A stretch of 64,000 bases of DNA, from positions 186,001 to 250,000 of the forward strand of contig MU060401.1 of assembly GCA_013265495.1 (NCBI GenBank). Direction: 5' to 3'. A program made the position numbers and the translations under genes. Position 1 is the first letter of the stretch. Each line of letters begins with the position of its first letter. Shown piece after piece: positions 24,941 through 38,076 of this stretch. Under the pieces are notes generated by a model that was not told the DNA's origin, made no database searches, and saw only the letters and a program-made list of their open reading frames with translations. The DNA is from Vicugna vicugna. Its lineage: Eukaryota.

Positions 24941-26015
24941 GCGAGAGAAAGAAAGAAAACAAACAGAGCCCCACCCTGGCAGTTCCTCTGGCTCACGCTG
25001 TGTGCGTGTTTCCGTAAGTCCTACTGAGAAAAGCGGGGGTCTGTGAACAGGTCTCAGGCAGCTAAAGCTTTCAGTGCAGCTTCTCTTTCATTAGAGACTT
25101 AAAAATAAATCCTGCAGCCTGAGCCCTTGCCGGGAACAATGAGCTCTCCCTGAGAGTTCAGGGCTGGCAGTGGGGCGCAGGCAGAGAGGACCCACGCCCC
25201 TCAATAGTATCCATCAATCCGGCGAACCCCCAAGCCCCTCCCTCCATCCCCTCTGCAGCCGAGACACTTAATGAACTCGTCAAACCCTGGTGGGTCCTGA
25301 GCATGGGGGGAGGGGAGGGGAGCATGGTGCCGGGAGGGGAAGGGGAACTGCTGTGCCTCTATCTGCCCCCACTGGGGGGCACGTCTGCTGCCCCTTTCAT
25401 ACCTCAGACTCCAGGTTTAATGAGCTCTTTGCAGTTCAGAAACACCTCAGTCCCTGCTCCGTAACTTGGGCAAGTTACTTGATCTCTCTGGGACTCAGTT
25501 TCCTCATCTATAAAATAAAACCCTCATAGGATTATTGAAAGGACCGATCAGCTCAAGACTGCAGGTTGGACCCACATCTGTTCCATGTGTCTCTCGTCAC
25601 TGGGGACCAGCAGCCTTCCGGGACATGTCCTTCTCACAGGGGTGGCAGAGACACACAAGAGTGAACAGCAACTTGGGGTGCACCTTGGGACTTTGGCAGA
25701 GACCCATTTTTGCCCTCGATCCACCGGCCATAGCAAGTCAGGTGGCCCAACATTAATTGGGTGGGGCTGCAGGATCCCCCAAAAAGGAACCCTCCAGTGC
25801 ATCACTGTCAGGCCCTCTTCATGGCACCTCAGCCTGAATACTCCCCTTCCATAGCATTAACCACGGCAGTGATTTTTATATTCATTTGCATCACTCTTTG
25901 AAAAACCTGACTCTCAAAAACAGACCCATGGATGTTTTTGCAAACCATTTTATACCCAGCTCCAAGCACAGTGCCTGACACATAGGAGGTGCTTAGTAAA
26001 TATGTGCGTGAATGA

Positions 26016-26645
<630 letters not shown>

Positions 26646-27693
26646 TAACCCTTTAAAAACTCTCAGTAAACAGGGTTCGTTATGAAAACCCTCCGTCTGT
26701 AATTGACATGGGAAATCAGGTTCAAGATCCCTTTCCTGGGAATCAGGAGACCCGAGTCCAGCCCAAGGTCAGTGGCTGAGCAGCCATGAGGTTACCTATG
26801 AGCTCCTAAGGGCTCAGGTATAGAGCTTCATTTCAAGCACTAAACTTCATTAAGATGATCCGAGTTTGATGTTCATCTCTGGTGCTTAGTAGATGACATC
26901 TGGAAGAAGGTCTCAGTGCAGAGAGCAGCGGCCCATGGTAGCGGGGAGAGATTTGACATCAGACCCAACTTCTGCCATCTTGAGTACCTTTAACCCCCTC
27001 AAAGTCCCACATCAGTTAGCACCCATATCTCCGTTACCGTAATGAGAGTCACATCCCTGAGTGTTTTTAAACCCCCACAATTAACCCTCTTTTATGGATG
27101 GGGCAAGCTAAGTTCAGGGAGGTGAAGGCAGTTTTCCAGGAAGTGGGGGGGCAGGGGTTCGAACCCAGGGAGTCTTGCTCCTGAGCCCACGCCCTTAACC
27201 ACTGTAGGACAATGAATTAGACAAAATGCCAGTGCCTACAAATCTCCCAGCTCAGAGCCCCTGACACCCAGTAGGTGCTCTGTAAACGTGAGCTCTCTCT
27301 ACCTCATCCAACCTGCTGCAGTCAGGTGGCTGCAGCCTCAAGCCCCAGGGGTGTTTCCCACTCCTCCAAACCCTCCGCCTGACTCCCAGCTTCTCCAGCC
27401 CCTCTCCAGAGAGAACCAGAGCTCAGCAGGATGACATTAATTCAGCCATCCACCAGCCACACCCTCAACACCAGTGTCATTGATTAAAACCCTTGAGCCT
27501 GCCTGACCAGCTGTGCCCTGGGTTCCCAGTTTGCTCAAGGGCCCTGTCAGTCCCTCACGCTGCGTTGCCCCTTCTCTCAGTAAGGGAGTGGCAGCTTGGA
27601 CAGGTGGTGACATTTGTTCTTTTGTTCTTGGGGATAAAGAGGCCTCTGAATTATTTATTTGTAGAACAATAAAAAATCAAAGCCATTATTGAA

Positions 27694-27887
27694 NNNNNNN
27701 NNNNNNNNNNNNNNNNNNNNNNNNNNNNNNNNNNNNNNNNNNNNNNNNNNNNNNNNNNNNNNNNNNNNNNNNNNNNNNNNNNNNNNNNNNNNNNNNNNNN
27801 NNNNNNNNNNNNNNNNNNNNNNNNNNNNNNNNNNNNNNNNNNNNNNNNNNNNNNNNNNNNNNNNNNNNNNNNNNNNNNNNNNNNNNN
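27694..27887. other. Assembly gap (194 N)
   Basis: Run of N abutting an L1 3' end. Confidence 1.
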
Positions 27888-28090
27888 TTAAGTGAAGTAA
27901 GTCAAACAGAGAAAGGCAAATATCATACAATATCACTTATATGTGGAGTCTAAAATAAAATGATTCAAATGCTATTTACAAATCAAAAACAGACTCATGG
28001 ACATAGAAAACAAACTATGGTATAGCTGAATCACTTTGCTGTACCTGAAAATAACATTGTAAATCAACTATACATCGATAAAAAAAAAAT
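27888..28090 (+). mobile_element. Cetartiodactyl-type L1 3' end with internal deletion, 5' part hidden in the N-gap
   Basis: aagtgaagtaagtcaaacagagaaag...acagactcatggacatagaaaacaaac joined directly to atagctgaatcactttgctgtacc...aaatcaactata plus A-tail. Confidence 0.85.
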
Positions 28091-31000
28091 TGTTTTTTAG
28101 TGAATGCTATTAAGGGCCAGGCTGCAAAATCTGCAGGTGCAAATGGCAGGATCCTGTTCTGGGAGCAGAAGCTCTGCTTGTCGAACCAGAAAGGACCTGG
28201 GAGATCATGGAACCCAGTGGTCCTCAGCCCTGGCAGCTCATCAGAGTCCCAGGAGGAATATGGGAAAATCCCAGTGCCTGGGCTGCACCCCGGACCATTA
28301 CTGGAGTGAAGTCTGGGCATCAAAACGTTTTTAAGCAGTGTGCAGGCAGGACTGAGAACCACTGATTCATTCTCTGTTTATTACTGGGGAAACCGAGGCC
28401 CAAAGAGAGGCAGGGATCTGCCGGGGTCACTCGGGCACATAATGGCAGGACTAGAACCCCGGCTCCACCTCTAGGCATCCTACTGCCCCAAGTAACAAGG
28501 GAAGGAACTCACTTGGGAAGCACATATGGGACCAGGCGCTTAGCATTCATCGTCTCATTTAAATCTTCTAATTACCTAAGGAGGTGAGAAAGGCTGCCGT
28601 AATCACTGGTAGCATGTCGTTTCACAGGTGAGAAAGCCATCGCAGGAAGGGAGCAAGTCACGTGGCCAAGGCCCCAGGGGTTGGCTGAGCTGAGATTCCA
28701 ACCCGGGCAAGAGCTACCAGGCTCTTTCTTACCTTGGGATGTTGCTGATCTTCCGGTGCCTTCAGAGGTTCCCCTCTCCTGGCATCACCCCTTGTTTCAG
28801 GTTCAGACAAGTTCCTAATTCCCAGGGGTCAACTTGCCTCTTCTTCCTTATTCAAGACAGCTAGGATGATGGGAGGGGTCAGGAGGCGGCAGGGGATGGG
28901 AAAGAGATTTCAGGACATCCATCTCGTACTGGGGGTCTGGGGTCTCCTCATTAGGCTGGGGTGGGAGGAGGAGCCTTCTCCTGGGGCCCCTTCCCAGGCC
29001 TGAGCCAAGTCTTCACGTGCTCTGCCTGAGCGCCTCCCCCAAAGAACCCAATCCCCGGAGACGCCCTCCCAACCCCTTCCTCTCATTTGCCTTGACGTCT
29101 GGATCCTAAATGCACTTGAGTTTGAGACCCTTGCTTTAGGGGCCCTGCTCCAGCTGCGTGAGTATTACCTGGGAATTAATTAGAAATGCAGGTTCTCAGG
29201 CCCCAGGCCCGGCTTCCTGGGTCAGAATCTGCACTGTAACCCAACATTCTCAAGAAGCTGTGCGTGCCCTTTAAGGCTTGAGAATCTCGGCTTTACGATG
29301 CTCTCGGCCTAGATTGTGAGGGTCACCCCCACCTAAGAGCAGAGGTCATCCCCCAGCTAAGCATGTCCACCCCACCCTGCCTGGGTCCCCCTCCCAGTTA
29401 CAGCTGGCTCAAGGCTCCTCCTGCAACCCCCCTTACCCCCCATAACGTTAATTTTACGATCTCCCTGGATTGGATCCAAAGCAAAGTTTTATGTGATATG
29501 ATTACACAAGGTGAATTGTCCTGGATCTGTTTAATGAAACGGAGACTGTGTTTAATGATTCCTTGGGGAATTAAATACAGTTAAGCTATTAATCAGGTCC
29601 CCGTTCCTCCCGTTGCCAAGAAGATGAAGCAGAGAATGGCCAGCCCATGTCCTGCCAGATTCATGTGTGTGACAGTTCTGGTGGAACCAGCCCTCATTAC
29701 AAGTGGTCCATGGCTTAGTGTACCTTTATTACCCAATTTGAAGGCAGCCATCAATTACTGGGAATCCTGGGCTAATTGAGCATTTTTGGTTTTCATTTTT
29801 GTTCTTTCCAATGAAGTCATTTCGGAGCTTCAAAGGAGGCATCTTTGCTCTCGGAGGGGGTTGGGGAGGGGGCAGATACCTGCTGCTGCAAAATGATGGG
29901 GCACGTGGGGTGTCTCAGATGTTGGGGACCAACACCAAGCAGAATCCTAACAGTAGCCAACATTTATTGAGCACTTCACGTGTCCCAGGCCCGGTGCCAG
30001 GGTCTGTAGTTCTTACTCTATTGTATCTGCATAGCCTGAGGTCTTAGCACGGTTGCCATGGTGCAGATGGGTAAACTGAGACTCAGGGAGATCACCTGAC
30101 GTCCCCAAGGTCACACAGCTCCTGTGGAGAAGAGCTGGGTTTTGAACCCTGGCAGTGTGACTCCAAAGTCATCTGTGAACAGACCCTACGTCTTAGACAA
30201 CATCTGAAAGTGAAGTGAGTGATGCTGGACCAGGATCTGGATCGAGACGTGTTGGAGCTGATCAAATCAAGTGCTCTTAAAGGGTTTGCCGGGAGGGCGG
30301 GAGCCAGGCTCAGTATGGGATAGACATAGGTGGGAATCCCACCCTGGGAGCCCACTGTGTGGCCCTGGGCAAGTGGCTTCACGTCTCTGAGCCTCCTTTG
30401 TTCCTGTGTGTAAAATGGGGCCAGTCATTTCTACTCTCTGAGATAATGCATGCCGAGTGCCCGGCACAGCCCTGACACACAGTAGGTGCTCGGAACATTC
30501 CCATCCCGGGGAGGTTTTGCAATCAACAAAGGTGCCATGTCATCTCCATCCCACCTGCATCCAAGGCCAGGGAAACCATCCGGGGGACCCAGACCATCAT
30601 GCAGACAGACCTTTCCTTTTTCTTGAAGACCACCCTCCAGGAACCTCATGAGATGGTCAGAAGTGGCCAAGCCTGTCAATCCGGATCTGTGTGTTCCTGG
30701 GTGACCGAGTGCCACCTGAGCCTCTGCCGTGTTGTCCTGAATCACCAGGGATACTGTGAGGTGACTCAGGAGTGGGGAAATTCTAAGGAAACGTTTTTTA
30801 AAAAGTGAAACTGGCTACACACATGCTAGATTTTTTCTAATCACTCAGACACATCTGGTCTTAACCCATTATAACAGTACGGGCCCAATTAGCTAGATAC
30901 ATTGTAAATAATCTATTTTAAGGGTAAAAAATATCTTTGTCATCGGCATAAATATCTCCCAAGCAGCTATGGTGTTCCGGGGGGCACTGGAGGAGCAGGA

Positions 31001-32679
31001 GCCTCGCCATGGATTCTGATGTGCTCTGCGAAGAGAGAGGAGCCCTTTGTCACAACGCAACTTGGCAGTTGGGAATTTCAATTTAGTTCAACAACCATTT
31101 ATTGAGCCCCTGCTGGGCGTAAGGCAGTGGGAGGGAGTCGGGGTGAGGCTGCTGGTGCCTGGGAAAGATCAGAGCCTGGAATCAGGCGGGCCTGGTCTAG
31201 ATGATGCTTCCCAGCTGTGTGACCTTGGGCAAGTCACTTCACCTCTCTGAGCCTCAGTTGCCTCACTAGTGACAAATGAACAGTAGTCTTTTCCTTTCAG
31301 GGTAGTCCTTAGGATTCAATGAGATAATGGGTATCCATCACCCAGTGATGGATGAAGATTCAGTTATTAAGAACCATCTGGGCTTCTCAACCCAGCCTGG
31401 GAGACTCACTGACCCTCGTTCAGTAAATAAACCCCTCCTGAGGATGCGGGGTGGTGCTGCCCCTGTGAGAAGCAGTGGTATGGCTTCAGGGTTTCAGGGT
31501 GCCAGCCCTGTGATCCTCCGGCTGGGGCTCAGAATGGAGGCTGCAAATCCCTTTCTCTGTTCCTAACATCCCCCAGGACCCCCCTCTGCTTCTCCTTTAT
31601 CAGATTTCAACAGCTCCCTGGCCAGGCTGGCTGTCACTTTGAGGTCTTCTCCAGGGCTCCTTGGTGAATTTCCCACATTCTGTGGTAGCCTGTCTTTCAA
31701 GTCAAGAGATCCCAAACACACTCTCCCAGTCTCAGTGACAATCCTGTCACTTTCCCATGGCAAGGTACCAAAGAGCAAAGAGGAACAGTATGTGATACTC
31801 CAACAAAACGCCAAGAGAGAAAGCTAGACTAGAAAGATGTAACGTTGACAATGTAAATAAACCCAGCTTAAACTATGCCCTCAGCCCACACTCTCTTGGG
31901 GGGACAGACAACATGTGTTAGGGGTGCAGAGGGGCTATGAAGCCCAGAGGAGGCACCTGTCTGAGCTTGGGAGTCAGGGAAGACAGTATCTCACCTGAGA
32001 ACAGAAAAATCACAATAATAAGAACAGCCAACATTTACTGAGCACCTACTGGGTGCAGAGCACCACACTAGAAACTGTATCTACTTTTTCCACTTCTCTG
32101 TACAAAGGCCCTATTGTTGTCCTGTGAGAAGATACTGTTACTACACAAAATAACTATTCCTACACAGGCTGACTGGGTAGTTAAAAGCCCAGACTTTGAA
32201 GCCAGACTCTTTGGTTTTAAACCCGGTTTTGCCACTTATTAGCTGTGTGACCTTCAGCAAGTTACTTAACCTCTCTGTGCCTCAGTTCCCCCTTCTGGTA
32301 AATGAAGAAGATGATGATGCCTGCCTCACAGGGCTCTTGTGAGGAATAAGTGAATTAATAGCTATATTAATATATCACATTACATATTAAGATCAATATA
32401 TATTAAAATATAAAAATAAGAGTAACAAAGATTTATATATAAGTCTGTGCCTGGCATGTAATAAGCACCAGACAAATGTTATTGCTGTCCCCAAAGAGAG
32501 GGAAGAGCTAACAACATGCCAGGCGGGAGCAGCAGCCCTGAGGAGGGAGGGAGCAGGTGAGTTTGGCTGTCCGAGGAGTTAACGGGGCGGCTATCGCTGT
32601 GAACGACAACTACCGCCCCTGCCAGCGCCCTCTGACCTGCTTCCTCCCTCTGATCCGGCCCTGCCTCCTCTCCCCGCAG

Positions 32680-33032
32680 AGTGGCCTGAGTTTGTGAGGA
32701 ACTACGCCCCGTGGTGGGCCACTCACACGCTGGACTGGCTCAAGTTCGGCAAGAAGGTGCTGGTGGTGCACTTCGAGGACCTGAAGCAGGACCTCTTCGT
32801 CCAGCTGGGCCGGATGGTCAGCCTGCTGGGCGTGGCCGTCAGGGAGGACCGGCTGCTGTGCGTGGAGAGCCAGAAGGACGGCAACTTCAAGCGCTCGGGG
32901 CTCCGGAAGCTGGAGTACGACCCCTACACGGCGGACATGCAGAAGACCATCTCTGCCTACATCAAGATGGTGGACGCGGCCCTCAGAGGGAGGAACCTCA
33001 CGGGCGTTCCGGATGCCTACTACCCTAGATGA
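32680..33032 (+). CDS. WSCD2: WSCD2 terminal coding exon (EWPEFVRNYAPWW...GVPDAYYPR*)
   Basis: Acceptor tccccgcag ends at 32679, stop TGA at 33030-33032. The seven exons total 1316 nt in one frame. WSCD1/2 are reported sialate O-sulfotransferases (established knowledge). Confidence 0.97.
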
Positions 33033-34754
33033 TGGGCCAGAGGTGGGGGGTGGCTGGGAGCCCAGGCCAAGCAGGCCCTGGGGACCCCGGAGCCCTGGGG
33101 ACCCCCACCCTTCAGTCCTCTCTGGTTTGGGGACAACCCCCTTGGCTGCTGTTGGCCCTCAATGAGTTTCCTGCGTGACAAAGGAGGTTCAAGGGAAGAG
33201 ATTGTGCGGGCACTTCCCACCTACTCATGTACACCTCCCCCTTGGAGATGGAGCGGGCAACTGGTCCCCAGCCACATGGACCCTTCTCTGTCTCCTGTGT
33301 CCCTGCCCCCAACCACTCTGGCTCCACTTGTGGGAGGACGGGCTCATGGCTGTCCTGGAGACGTGGGTGTCCCATCGCAGGTATTGAGGACCCTGGCCCA
33401 GGAGCTGACGGGAATGATGTAGAAAAAGTGGCCCCAGACTCTCTTCCCTCCTGGACTGAGTGTTTATAGCTTCCCCTCCTCCCGACCCGGGAAGCACTGG
33501 CACCAAGGTTCATCCGGGCCACTTCTGCCTGAAGAAGGACTGCCGGATGTTTCTCTGTGGCCTTAGGCTTCTGACATTCTGGGGGAGCGTGGGGAGGCAA
33601 TGGTGCTCAGTGTAGGATAACTGGCACCACCACGTGGGGTCACTGGCATTCCCAAGTCCACCCCCAGGTCACACCGCTCCTGAGAAGCAATCTGATTGCC
33701 TGTCCAGTCCTGTCTGGAGCTGGCACTCTGCCCTTGTCCACCCCCGCCATGTCCGGGAGGTGACCCACTCCCAGGGCTCCTCAAGCATCAGCACGGATCT
33801 CACTGGGATGACCACCTGGCACGTGCAGGACCTGAGAGCCCCGGTAACACACCTCTCCATCGTGGGGTCCAACACATTGATCTGACACTGCCCTTCTGAT
33901 CCCTACCCATGGGTCCTTTGCTATCCAGCAGAGAGAGCAAGAGTGCTCCAAATCAGGTGGAACCGTGACCAAAAGACACCCCCCTACCTTCCCAGGCCAT
34001 CGACCTCCCTTTGATGGTAGTCCAATGGGGCCGGCTTCCCTTGGGGGTCCTTTAAGGAATGGGGTGAACACAATTGTTCCTCATGTCCATACAAACGCTG
34101 CTTTTTTGAGGCTGAGACATCAAACCAAAGGATTCCCAAGGACCTGAGTCAGAGATCATTTATCTTTGGAAGCATTGATCCAGGATCCCACGTCTCCCCC
34201 CACAACCTTGGGTACCAGTGTTTTCACATCAGGCTCACACCTGCACACCTGCTCCATCCCCCACCTTGTAGATGCAAAAGCCATAGGTCACAGCTCTTTG
34301 CTATTCTGTCTGGAGCAGCCCTCCCCCAAGCAGCCACCCCCTGAGGCTTTGGGGTGCAGGTAAATGCTCGTTCCCAAATAGCCAAGAGACTATGGAGAAG
34401 GAGAGTGTAAAGAGATCTATTTTTTTAAGAGGAATATGACTAATACATTCCACCCCCTCAGAACCTGGTCATGCAAGGAGAAGGGCCTAGGGATTGGACC
34501 CAGGTTCCCTCATCTGTAGGATCTGGGCCTCCCCAGGGCCCAGTCAGGGGGCTCTGAATGTATTTTGTACTGTGTTCCTTTCCCCCAGGCAAATTTCTAG
34601 TCTTTCACAAAACAGTAGAGGGCTTGGCCTCCCCTCCCTCTTAGGGGTCAGCTCTCTCTGGGAGACTCTTGGTCCAAGACCTCGGCCAGTTCTTTGCTGG
34701 TGTTCACCTCAGGTCACCAGCCTTTGTCTGAAGATTCCTCAGGTCAACACCATC

Positions 34755-34760
34755 ATTAAA
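34755..34760 (+). terminator. Probable WSCD2 poly(A) signal ATTAAA (3'UTR about 1.75 kb)
   Basis: The only AATAAA/ATTAAA hexamer I noticed after the stop in this stretch, followed by GU/U-rich downstream sequence (ggttttgtgg, gttgtgt, gtgtgtttgt). Confidence 0.7.
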
Positions 34761-35319
34761 AGCAAGTTTTGTTGAAAAGCAGGTTTTGTGGCTAATTCTA
34801 CCCCGTTGTAGAATGTTGTGTAAGGCGGGGTCACAAATGAGCTATTTTTCTGGTGTGCGTGTGTTTGTATGCGACAGAGAATGTTCTGGGTGCATAATTG
34901 CTTTGGGTCAGTGTGACTCCAATTGCCTATGAAGAATTGTGTGTCTTGGTGCAAAAAATCGTCTGCCTTTGTGTTCAGCTGCTCCTCTGTCGTGAGACTG
35001 CACCCCCCAAGTTGGCGTGATGACTGCCCCATGTCCAACGTGTCTGTGTGGGTTCCTGTGTGTGGAACTGTGCGTGCAGAGGAGGAAGTGGCCAGTGTGT
35101 GCGAACCCCCGCATGAGAAGGCGCCTGACTATTACGGAAGGATGGACGTCTTTGACCTTGGTAATTACGTGTGCGTATGTGTGCACGTGTGTGTGTATGA
35201 GGGAGACTCTGGATGTGTGGTGCTATGCACGTGATGTGCATAAGGGGAGCTGGTGAGGATACCAGGGGAGAGAAGGATGGGAGGCAAAGGAGTTGTCAGG
35301 GGCAAGGTCCTTCAGGGAC

Positions 35320-35700
35320 CCATCTCCTCCAAGAGATCTTCTTCCCTTCTTCCTCCTCTCTTGCATTGGTTTGTTTTTCTCTCCATTCTGCCCAATCCCT
35401 TCTCACTGTTTTTTCTTTATACTGCCTCCTGCTCTCAATTTCCCTCTTTGTGGTCTCTTTTATTTCCTCCAGCTGCTCATTAAACCTCTTTGCTTTCTTG
35501 TCTTTCTCCTCTCTCTCTCCCTCTCCACCATCCCTGAATCTCTCTCTCTCATTTCATCATTGTCTCTTGATTTCTGCTTCTCTTTGTGCAGGCATCTCTC
35601 TATCTCTGTCTCTTAATCTCTTGTCTCTCTGCCTGTCTCTTGCTCCCCCACTCCCTTCCTCTCCACCCCCATTGTCCTCTCCCCCCTCCTCATCTTCCTG
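35320..35700. repeat. Long CT-rich low-complexity polypyrimidine tract
   Basis: About 380 bp dominated by C/T on the + strand. Confidence 0.85.
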
Positions 35701-37035
35701 GAGAGTGGGGGCGACTCAGTGGGATCCAGACACAGTGAGACAAATGCTACCCAAGCCAGTAACCAAGGAAGTGGTTTCCTTAGCAACAGAATCCTCAGGC
35801 ACGCGCTCCACTGCCCCATCCCTTAGCTGTTACAGTAAGTACCGAGAGGGTGGTTGGCAAAGCCTGGAGACAGGGGAGTCGGTAAAGACACTGCTATAGT
35901 GATCCTCTTGAGAGGGGACAGTGATCAGGGACCAGCTCCATGCCTGGCACTTTGGTGACACTCAAAAATATGGGACATAGAGAGGCTGCGGGGTCAGAGA
36001 CAGGCATACAGAGTGGAGACAGCTGGGGAGGAACCCACAGACTTGGTAACAGACTGGATGTGGGGAGGGAGAGGGGGAAGGAAGGCGAAGAGACATCAAG
36101 ATTGTGTCTGCGCATCTCCAAAAGGGGTCCTTTGACTGAGATGGAGAACATGGGGCAGAGGAGCAGGGGAGGGAGGGAGAAAATGATAAACTGACATAGC
36201 TCCCTGTCCCCAAGAGTTCACCACCTACACTGGGGGAGGAGACGTGGAAGCAGACACAGAACTGTCTCACTCAATGCTCCCTATTAACTGGCGACCAGGA
36301 ACCCGGGAGTAAAATCACATCCTGGAGGGTGGTGGGAGGCTCCGAGACGGTCAGTGATTTGATTGCATGGCTCGGAAGTTGGAGGCGACACTTGGATTCG
36401 AACCTGGAAACGATCCAGAGCCTGTCTGGAAGATGGAAGACAAAAGAGCGTAGAGACAGAGAGAGAGGCAGAGAAAGAGACCGAGAGAGAGAGAGGAAAA
36501 ACAGAGGAAGAGAGATTTAAATCATGGATTTGGCACTTTTTTCCTACTGAGAAAACAAAAATGTGTTCAATTTTAGAGAAATGAGAAAGGGGGAGGGAGG
36601 AAACAAAAGCGCCCTCTAGGATGTTATAAATAACTGTCCCCAAAGAAGATGCCCATCATGATGCAATCACTCCCAGGGAGACGAATTGTGTCCCCCGTCT
36701 AGGTTGGTATTTAAATGACTCGGAGCGGGTGATGGGGGCGAAGGGCAGGAAGTTGATCAACACGGAAATCTCGCTTGGCTTTCCCCCAAATGCAGTAAAG
36801 CGTGCAGGCGAGGAGAGCTGTAAATCTGGGCGATGATAATATCCGACCCCGCGAAAGCAACATGTTTATTTATCATGTTTGCACGTTTACTGTTTCCCCT
36901 CAAATTTACAGTCTGCAATCTGCCGGCACGCAGGGGGACAAACATGGAAATGAGAGCAAACTGGCAGAACGTCAAGGAGGGAAGAAATGATGAAATATTT
37001 ATCCCCTCCGTCCACACCCTCCCACCCCACCCCTC

Positions 37036-37067
<32 letters not shown>

Positions 37068-37090
37068 CGCACGCATGCACGCACACACAC
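37036..37090. repeat. (CA)n/(CG) compound microsatellite
   Basis: Directly visible in the sequence. Confidence 0.95.
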
Positions 37091-37839
37091 CGGCTGCCTT
37101 AAATCTACTTTCAAACAAAGGTGGTGATTTGCCCGAGAGGACCATACGGCTCTATTTCAGGCCTCTGACAGCTAATTGAAATGAACAGTCATTATAGAAT
37201 GGAATGTGCCACAACAAAATGATTTCTGTGTCTTCTGGAGTCACTTACTAAACAATGACAGGAAAACGAACTGTCCGCCAGAAGCGAGAGAGGGGGTCGA
37301 TCTTAGTGGGGGCAAGACTTGTGTGTGTCCTGCTGTCAGGGACGAGAGGGACAGGGAGGCAATTTAGGGGCCAGATTCTCTTCCAAGACCTGAGTTAGGT
37401 GCCCAGACCATAATCATGGTCACCTTATCCCAGACCTTCTGAATCAGATTTCCCAAAAGATAGAGCCCAGACGTGGGTGAGAAGGACCTGGTGGGCTCGC
37501 CGGGTGGCAAAGCTGTATTTATTTTTGCCTTGTTGATAATTACCAGCCCTAATCTAGGTGCTGCAAGGACAGAATGGTTCAAAGGATCATCGTCCTCATA
37601 CATACGTACAAGTCTCTTCGTGTATTATGACCTGCGTATCTCTGCACAGTGCCTGACACACAGCAGGTGCAACGGAAATCCTTGTTGATTTTCTGAATAA
37701 GTGAACCGAGGAATATTAAAGGATATTCAGAGGGAAAAAAAAAACCCATCAGCCAAAGCAGGCCTGAGTTATTCCATTCGGTGCCCTGAATTTTCTCTCC
37801 AGCAATACTGAATTGTTTTTCCATCCTTCCACTCTCTGT

Positions 37840-38076
37840 CTGAACCCCCAAAGCCCATCATACTGGCTCTCAAGAGCCCATTGTGAACATCTCTCCTCAA
37901 ATTCACACTCAGGGACATCACATCGGTAGCTTGAAACTGACCATGGTGAGGATATTTACACCACGGTAACTGGCAACGGCTACAAATCAGGCGAGTGGTT
38001 GGGTTTGTTTGTTTTGTTTTGTTTTGTTTTATCTCGAGAGAATTGCAGATGTTAAGCATTTACCAGCACACCACTG
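37840..38076 (+). mobile_element. MER63-like hAT-Blackjack MITE
   Basis: ggtagcttgaaactgaccatggtg...tacaaatcagg...catttaccagcacaccactg terminus. Confidence 0.75.

Noticed and set aside
35213-35899. 228-aa hydrophobic F/L/S-rich ORF resembling a membrane protein
   Set aside because: A compositional by-product of the CT-rich tract, which is poor in stop codons.
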